Source: Acidimicrobiia bacterium (GTDB lineage Bacteria; Actinomycetota; Acidimicrobiia; Spongiisociales; ZC4RG35). From it: a stretch of DNA of 64,000 nucleotides. Below, one piece after another: positions 59,424-64,000 of this stretch (the stretch's first letter is position 1; every line of letters starts with the position of its first letter). The translations under genes and the position numbers were made by a program. The notes beneath the pieces are model-generated. The model was not told the origin of the DNA. It did no database searches and saw only the letters and a list, made by a program, of their open reading frames with translations. Where the stretch lies: NCBI GenBank assembly GCA_965215185.1, contig OZ244034.1, forward strand, positions 544,001 through 608,000, read 5' to 3'.

Positions 59424-60335
59424 TTGTCTGACCACCCCGCTCCGGACCGAGAGTCGCTGATCGAACTTGATGGTCGGTTTCTCGATTTGCGGGCCACCCT
59501 GGCCCCGTTGGGCAAAATGGTTGCCCGTTTCTCTGCGGGCGGATGGTGGAAGGCGATCCGTACCCCCGAGGGGGTGGCCACGGTGCGGATCAGCCGTCCG
59601 GAGAAGGAACAGGTTCTGATCGGGGCTTGGGGAGAAGGTAGCGATTGGATATGTGAACGGGGGGAACGCTGGGTGGGCCTGGCCGACCATCCTGAGGATT
59701 TCGTTCCAGAACATCCTTTGGTAAGCAGGCTCCATCGTCTCAACCCTGGAACGCGGTTCGGCGCCACCGGTTTGGTCTCCGATGCTTTGTGGGCTGCAAT
59801 TTTTGCTCAAAAGGTCACCGGGCGGGAGGCGGTCCGAAGCATGAGGGCACTTATCCGCAATTGGGGAGATTCGGCCCCGGGCCCGCCAGTGGGAGTGGCT
59901 CTGCTGCCCGCTCCCGAGAAACTGGCCGCGGCCGCTTACTACGACCTCCATCCTCTGGGGCTGGAACGCAAGAGAGCGGAGACCTTGTTGAGGGCGGCGC
60001 GTTGGCATGGGCGAATCCAGCAGACTGCCGATCTTTCTTCAGCGGAGGCCAGTCGGTTTCTACAGCGATTACCCGGAATAGGAAAGTGGACTGCGGCGAC
60101 GACGGTGGCGGTCAGCCATGGCGACGCAGATGCGGTGGCGGTGGGTGACTACCACTTGAAAAATGTGGTTGCCTGGCATCTTGAAGGTCGCCCGCGTGGT
60201 ACTGACGATGAGATGATGGAACTTCTGGAGCCGTTCCGGCCCCATCGCGGCAGGGTGGTGAGACTGTTGGAGAAGGCGGGTCCGGCGCCGCGGTTTGGGC
60301 CGGGCATGCCGCTGCGCGACTTTCGGTATCAGTAA
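59424..60335 (+). CDS. AlkA-like HhH-GPD DNA glycosylase
   Basis: QKVT, LPGIGKWTA, GDADAVAVGDYH, PFRPHRGR. Confidence 0.88.
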   Translation: MSDHPAPDRESLIELDGRFLDLRATLAPLGKMVARFSAGGWWKAIRTPEGVATVRISRPEKEQVLIGAWGEGSDWICERGERWVGLADHPEDFVPEHPLVSRLHRLNPGTRFGATGLVSDALWAAIFAQKVTGREAVRSMRALIRNWGDSAPGPPVGVALLPAPEKLAAAAYYDLHPLGLERKRAETLLRAARWHGRIQQTADLSSAEASRFLQRLPGIGKWTAATTVAVSHGDADAVAVGDYHLKNVVAWHLEGRPRGTDDEMMELLEPFRPHRGRVVRLLEKAGPAPRFGPGMPLRDFRYQ

Positions 60336-61639
60336 GTGGTTCCCAGGAAGGCGAGGATCGCCTGTCCCACCAGTAGAGGGTCCAGCATCGCGGCATGATC
60401 TTGGTGAGGGATGATCTCCAACGACACGTCATGTTCGGCTTCGACCAGCGCCTGGGCGAAGCGTTCCGATTGGGAGGGGAAAACTAGTTCGTCCTCGCCG
60501 CCCGTTAGCAACAAAAAGCGCCGTTGCGGGTGGTTTTCCACCAGTTGGATGGGATTCAGAGCGTTCCATGAGTCCGGGTCCTGTGGGGTGGAGCCGGTCA
60601 GCAGGCGGAGGAAGACTCGCATGGCCGTCTGGCCCCCCTGTCCCAGCCAGGCTGCCGTTTGCGGAAGATGCTCAACAATGAGTTCTGGTTGCCACAGCTG
60701 ATCAAGGATTCCTTCGTTCCACAGCACATTGAGATCGTAGGGTCCGGCCAGGCCGATCATCCCTGCGATCTCTACCGGATCGTGGGGGCAGGTCTGGGGG
60801 AGAGGGTGGTTGGAGAGGGCGACCAGGGCGGTGAGATGGCCGCCCGAGGAGAAGCCCAGCAGCCAAACCGGACCGGCCGGTCCGGTGAGGTGGGCCCGTG
60901 CAAGGCCAGGCGCGGCGGCCGCCAAGCAGGCCACTTCTCCCACCATGGAAGGAATGCGCCCATTCTTCGACAAAGTGCGGTAATCGGCGTTCACCGCCAC
61001 CACTCCTCGGCTGGCCAGATGATCGGCCAACGCCGAGAGCTGCGCTCGGTCCGTGAAGGTCCATCCTCGTCCGAAAGAAAGCGTCGTTACCGGATAGTTA
61101 CCCGGTTGGGCGGGGGCGTGGACATCGGCGTATAGCCCGGGCATGAACTCCACGGTGGTAATTGAGACTTCATATACAGGCGGATTCTCGATCTGACTGG
61201 CTTCGGGGGTGGTGGTGGTCGTGGTGGTTGTGTGGTTGTGGGGGTGGTTGTGGGGGTGGTTGTGGGGGTGGTTGTGGGGGTGGTTGCCAGGGTCGTGGTC
61301 GTGGTGGTTGTGGTTGTGGTTGTGGTTGTGGTTGTGGTTGTGGTTGTGGTTGTGGTTGTGGTTGTGGGGGTGGTTGCCAGGGTGGTTGCCAGGGTGGTGG
61401 TCGTGGTGGTTGTGGTTGTGGGGGTGGTTGCCAGGGTGGTGGTCGTGGTGGTTGTGGTTGTGGGGGTGGTTGTGGTTGTGGGTGGTTGTGGTTGTGGTTG
61501 TGGTTGTGGGGGTGGTTGTGGTTGTGGTTGCGGTGCTGATCGTGGAATCCGCGGGCAAGGTCACCTGTGGATCGGTTTCGACGATGCATGCCCCCAATAG
61601 CAGCCCGGCAATCATCAGACGCGCCGCCCAGTTCCGCAT
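60329..61639 (-). CDS. Lipoprotein alpha/beta hydrolase with low-complexity linker
   Basis: Lipobox LLGAC, GFSSGGH nucleophile elbow, GPYD, D and H triad candidates (EDELV, QDH). Confidence 0.82.
   Translation of the reverse strand: MRNWAARLMIAGLLLGACIVETDPQVTLPADSTISTATTTTTTPTTTTTTTTTHNHNHPHNHNHHDHHPGNHPHNHNHHDHHPGNHPGNHPHNHNHNHNHNHNHNHNHNHNHHDHDPGNHPHNHPHNHPHNHPHNHTTTTTTTTPEASQIENPPVYEVSITTVEFMPGLYADVHAPAQPGNYPVTTLSFGRGWTFTDRAQLSALADHLASRGVVAVNADYRTLSKNGRIPSMVGEVACLAAAAPGLARAHLTGPAGPVWLLGFSSGGHLTALVALSNHPLPQTCPHDPVEIAGMIGLAGPYDLNVLWNEGILDQLWQPELIVEHLPQTAAWLGQGGQTAMRVFLRLLTGSTPQDPDSWNALNPIQLVENHPQRRFLLLTGGEDELVFPSQSERFAQALVEAEHDVSLEIIPHQDHAAMLDPLLVGQAILAFLGTTY
61205..61533. repeat. GT-rich tandem repeat tract (6-nt TGTGGT, 12-nt and 42-nt units)
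   Basis: Directly visible; exact 42-nt tandem copies at 61384-61425 and 61426-61467. Confidence 0.97.
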
Positions 61640-61708
61640 AAGTCAGAGCGTAGAAGCCCGTTGGATCTATGGGACCTGCGGCTAGCAGCGCCATGTACCC
61701 TTTCGGGA

Positions 61709-62377
61709 ATGAAATTGGCCGCCGCTCGGGTGGAATGGACGCCAGGGAGGCGGGTCAGCCTATGGACAGCGGGTGATAAGGGGAGGGGTCCGGTGGTGAT
61801 TCTGGCTCACGGAGCCGGGGCGGGCGCAGACCACCCGTTGGTGGTCGGGCTGCGGGATCAATTGGTGGCGGCTGGATCGTTCTGTGTCACTTTCAATTAT
61901 CCCTACATGGAGGAGGGCCGCCGTTGGCCTGATCCCACCCACCGGCTGTTGGCTTGTCATCGGTCGGTGTTGGCATGGGTAAAGATGGAGACCAAAGATG
62001 TTCCGGTGCTGGCGGGGCGTTCCATGGGAGGCCGGATGGGAACCTATCTTGCCGAGGAGGGAGAAACCGTGCGGGCATTGGTGCTTTACGCCTATCCCCT
62101 CCATCCGCCAGGGCGACCCGACCGGTTGCGTTCTGAGCACCTGGGGCGCATTGCGATCCCGATGTTGTTCTTCCGAGGCAGTCGGGATGCTTTTGCCAGT
62201 GCCGAATTATTTGATCGGGAGGTGAGGTCGCGGAAGTTGGCCACCGTGGTAGATTTGGATGGTCTAGATCACGCTTTTCGAGGCCGGGGTCAAAGGCCAG
62301 AGGATGTCAACCGGCTCTTGGCCGGCGAAACAGTTTCCTGGCTGAACAGCCTCCCCGAATACGACTTTGGGAATTAG
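61709..62377 (+). CDS. Alpha/beta hydrolase (KANL3/Tex30-like)
   Basis: LAHGAG, GRSMGGR, YPLHPPG, RDAF, DH. Confidence 0.9.
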   Translation: MKLAAARVEWTPGRRVSLWTAGDKGRGPVVILAHGAGAGADHPLVVGLRDQLVAAGSFCVTFNYPYMEEGRRWPDPTHRLLACHRSVLAWVKMETKDVPVLAGRSMGGRMGTYLAEEGETVRALVLYAYPLHPPGRPDRLRSEHLGRIAIPMLFFRGSRDAFASAELFDREVRSRKLATVVDLDGLDHAFRGRGQRPEDVNRLLAGETVSWLNSLPEYDFGN

Positions 62378-62429
62378 TGTCCATTCAGGGCATAATTACC
62401 CATTCCACTTGGAAAATGGAGAAACCACA

Positions 62430-62732
62430 ATGGAAGAAAACACGCTGACGGCCGAGTTGGGCCGCTCGACGGGCAGCAGGGAATCCCGTCGCATAGTCCG
62501 CTCCGGAAGGGTTCCCGCCATCATCTACGGTGGTGGAGAGGAGTCCGTGCATTTGACTCTCGACGCCCGGGAGTTGGAGCGGTTCTGGCGCACCACCCGT
62601 CCAGGTGAGCGGGAAGTCTCCTTGCAGTTCGACAACGGAACCAAGATGAAGGTAACGGCCCATCAGGTGGATCGCCACCCTTATCGGGACCACTTTCGGC
62701 ACGTCGACTTTCTGCGGGCTTCCGCTTCTTGA
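62430..62732 (+). CDS. rplY: 50S ribosomal protein bL25, single-domain form
   Basis: SRRIVRSGRVPAIIYG, HP, HVDF; upstream of pth. Confidence 0.92.
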   Translation: MEENTLTAELGRSTGSRESRRIVRSGRVPAIIYGGGEESVHLTLDARELERFWRTTRPGEREVSLQFDNGTKMKVTAHQVDRHPYRDHFRHVDFLRASAS

Positions 62733-62799
62733 CACAATAGGGCCCCGGTCCTGCTCCAGGCAGGGACCGATGCATGGGGAGGGGCCTTTAGGGAGGTGT

Positions 62800-63378
62800 A
62801 TGCGTACAATCGTCGGACTCCGCAATCCCGGTAGGGAATACGAGGCAACTCGGCACAACGTGGGTGCCCAAGCGGTGACCGCCCTTGCCGAATCCCACCA
62901 GGCTTCCTGGAGGCGCAGACCTATGCGGTCCCGCTCTGAGACGGCCGAGGTGCGAATAGGTGGAGAAAGGGTGCTTTTGAGTCTGCCGCTTCGGATGATG
63001 AATGTCTCGGGTGGGCCGGTTAGCTATGTGATGAAGTACCACCGGGTCGCTTTAGGGGAGTTGTTAGTGGTCCATGATGACATCGACCTGCCGTTTGGAA
63101 GGCTGCGGGTCCGTTCCGGCGGCAGCGCAGGTGGCCACAACGGGGTGAAATCGGTGGCCAAAGCCCTGGGCAATCCGGGATTCTGGCGACTCAAGATCGG
63201 GGTGGGCCGCCCTCCGTCAGTTATGGACCCCGCCGACTTCGTTTTGAAGAGGTTCCGGTCCGCAGAGCGAGGCGTCATAGAGCAAGCTGTGGATGCCGCG
63301 GCCGAAGTAGCCGAACTATGGGTGAAAGACCCCCAGGCCGCCCGCCAGTCAGCTGGGGAGTGGAAACCCAGTAACTGA
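62800..63378 (+). CDS. pth: Peptidyl-tRNA hydrolase
   Basis: TRHNVG, MN.SG, VHDDID, GGHNG, IGVGRP. Confidence 0.96.
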   Translation: MRTIVGLRNPGREYEATRHNVGAQAVTALAESHQASWRRRPMRSRSETAEVRIGGERVLLSLPLRMMNVSGGPVSYVMKYHRVALGELLVVHDDIDLPFGRLRVRSGGSAGGHNGVKSVAKALGNPGFWRLKIGVGRPPSVMDPADFVLKRFRSAERGVIEQAVDAAAEVAELWVKDPQAARQSAGEWKPSN

Positions 63379-63523
63379 CCTGGGTCGAGCCAGGTTTGTG
63401 ATTTGGGAGGCGGGAGGGCCAAGGGCGGCTATGCCCAGTTTTCCGGCCCGGTTCGACCCACCCAAATGCTTGACAGCGGGTAAAGTAAGAGAGGCCTGTG
63501 ATGAACTATCAAGGAGGCGGCTA

Positions 63524-64000
63524 ATCACTATTCCTGATGCGATGGCGCTGGCCCGGGTGCTGTTGGCGCCGGTCATTATCGCTGTGATCAGGGCGCATGA
63601 CCGGTTGGAGCATGCCTATGGCTGGGCCTTCGCTCTTTTCTTGGTGGCGGCTTTCACCGACTTTTTGGATGGCTATTTGGCGCGCCGTCTGCAGAGCGAA
63701 TCGGTGCTTGGCAACTTCTTGGACACCACGGCCGACAAGCTGCTGGTGACAGCCACACTTTTGGCCTTAGTCTCCGTTTCCAGGGTGTCGGTGTGGGCGG
63801 CCCTGGCCATCATGATGCGAGAATTCGTGGTGATGGCTCTTCGGGGACTGGTGGCGGTGAGCGGAGGGCTCATCAAACCGTCCATGTGGGGAAAAGTCAA
63901 GACCACCGCCCAGTTCACCGCCATCGCCTTGGCGATGATGCGACTCCCCGATACCTGGGGGTGGTTCTATCTTGATCAATGGGTGATGTGGGTGGCGGTG
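63524..64000 (+). CDS. pgsA2: CDP-diacylglycerol--glycerol-3-phosphate phosphatidyltransferase (runs off window; start uncertain)
   Basis: TIPDAMALARV, TDFLDGYLAR, GNFLDTTADK, RE, WGKVKT; translated by hand, absent from the ORF track. Confidence 0.88.
   Translation, partial: MTIPDAMALARVLLAPVIIAVIRAHDRLEHAYGWAFALFLVAAFTDFLDGYLARRLQSESVLGNFLDTTADKLLVTATLLALVSVSRVSVWAALAIMMREFVVMALRGLVAVSGGLIKPSMWGKVKTTAQFTAIALAMMRLPDTWGWFYLDQWVMWVAV

Noticed and set aside
61205-61533. CRISPR array
   Set aside because: Low-complexity tandem units without unique spacers; no cas genes
61162-61694. Poly-WL, poly-V, poly-GC and poly-PQ ORFs
   Set aside because: Alternative readings of the same simple repeat; only the frame with a lipobox and hydrolase domain is credible

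Overview
A high-GC, gene-dense core chromosomal segment from an actinobacterium. Gene content and the style of the hypothetical proteins suggest class Acidimicrobiia, but that is inference. It runs: PHP phosphatase (partial), cinA, thpR, recA, rny, miaB, miaA, dapF, a divergent lexA/LysM pair, dut, four tRNA genes (Gly, Cys, Val, Val), mshD, thrS, citrate synthase and an EF-G paralogue, the PIM lipid cluster, pdxST, yebC, ruvCAB, queA, tgt, yajC, secDF, rel, hisS, aspS, rarA, ppgK, hflX, moaA, 2-oxoacid:ferredoxin oxidoreductase, sodX/sodN, metG, two tandem DMT transporters, deoC with an ALDH pair, an orphan livG/livF remnant, an AlkA-like glycosylase, two hydrolases, a short L25, pth and a partial pgsA. 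No CRISPR array, integrase, transposase or rRNA was seen. The strongest candidate for an undescribed system is a ~100-aa unknown ORF between moaA and hflX (40754-41053, minus). It ends in an acidic tail plus GQYL, the C-terminal motif that Mpa/ARC and Bpa/PafE use to dock on the actinobacterial 20S proteasome, yet it resembles neither protein. Other notable items: a NiSOD whose Ni-hook has Phe instead of the conserved Pro5; a lipoprotein whose Thr linker is read as a His-rich tract because of two compensating indels; a recA promoter with LexA, PafBC-like and a third palindromic element; and a small basic RGR-motif protein between tRNA genes. All calls come from reading the sequence and recalled family motifs; no searches were run, and some start codons were adjusted by eye from the ORF track.
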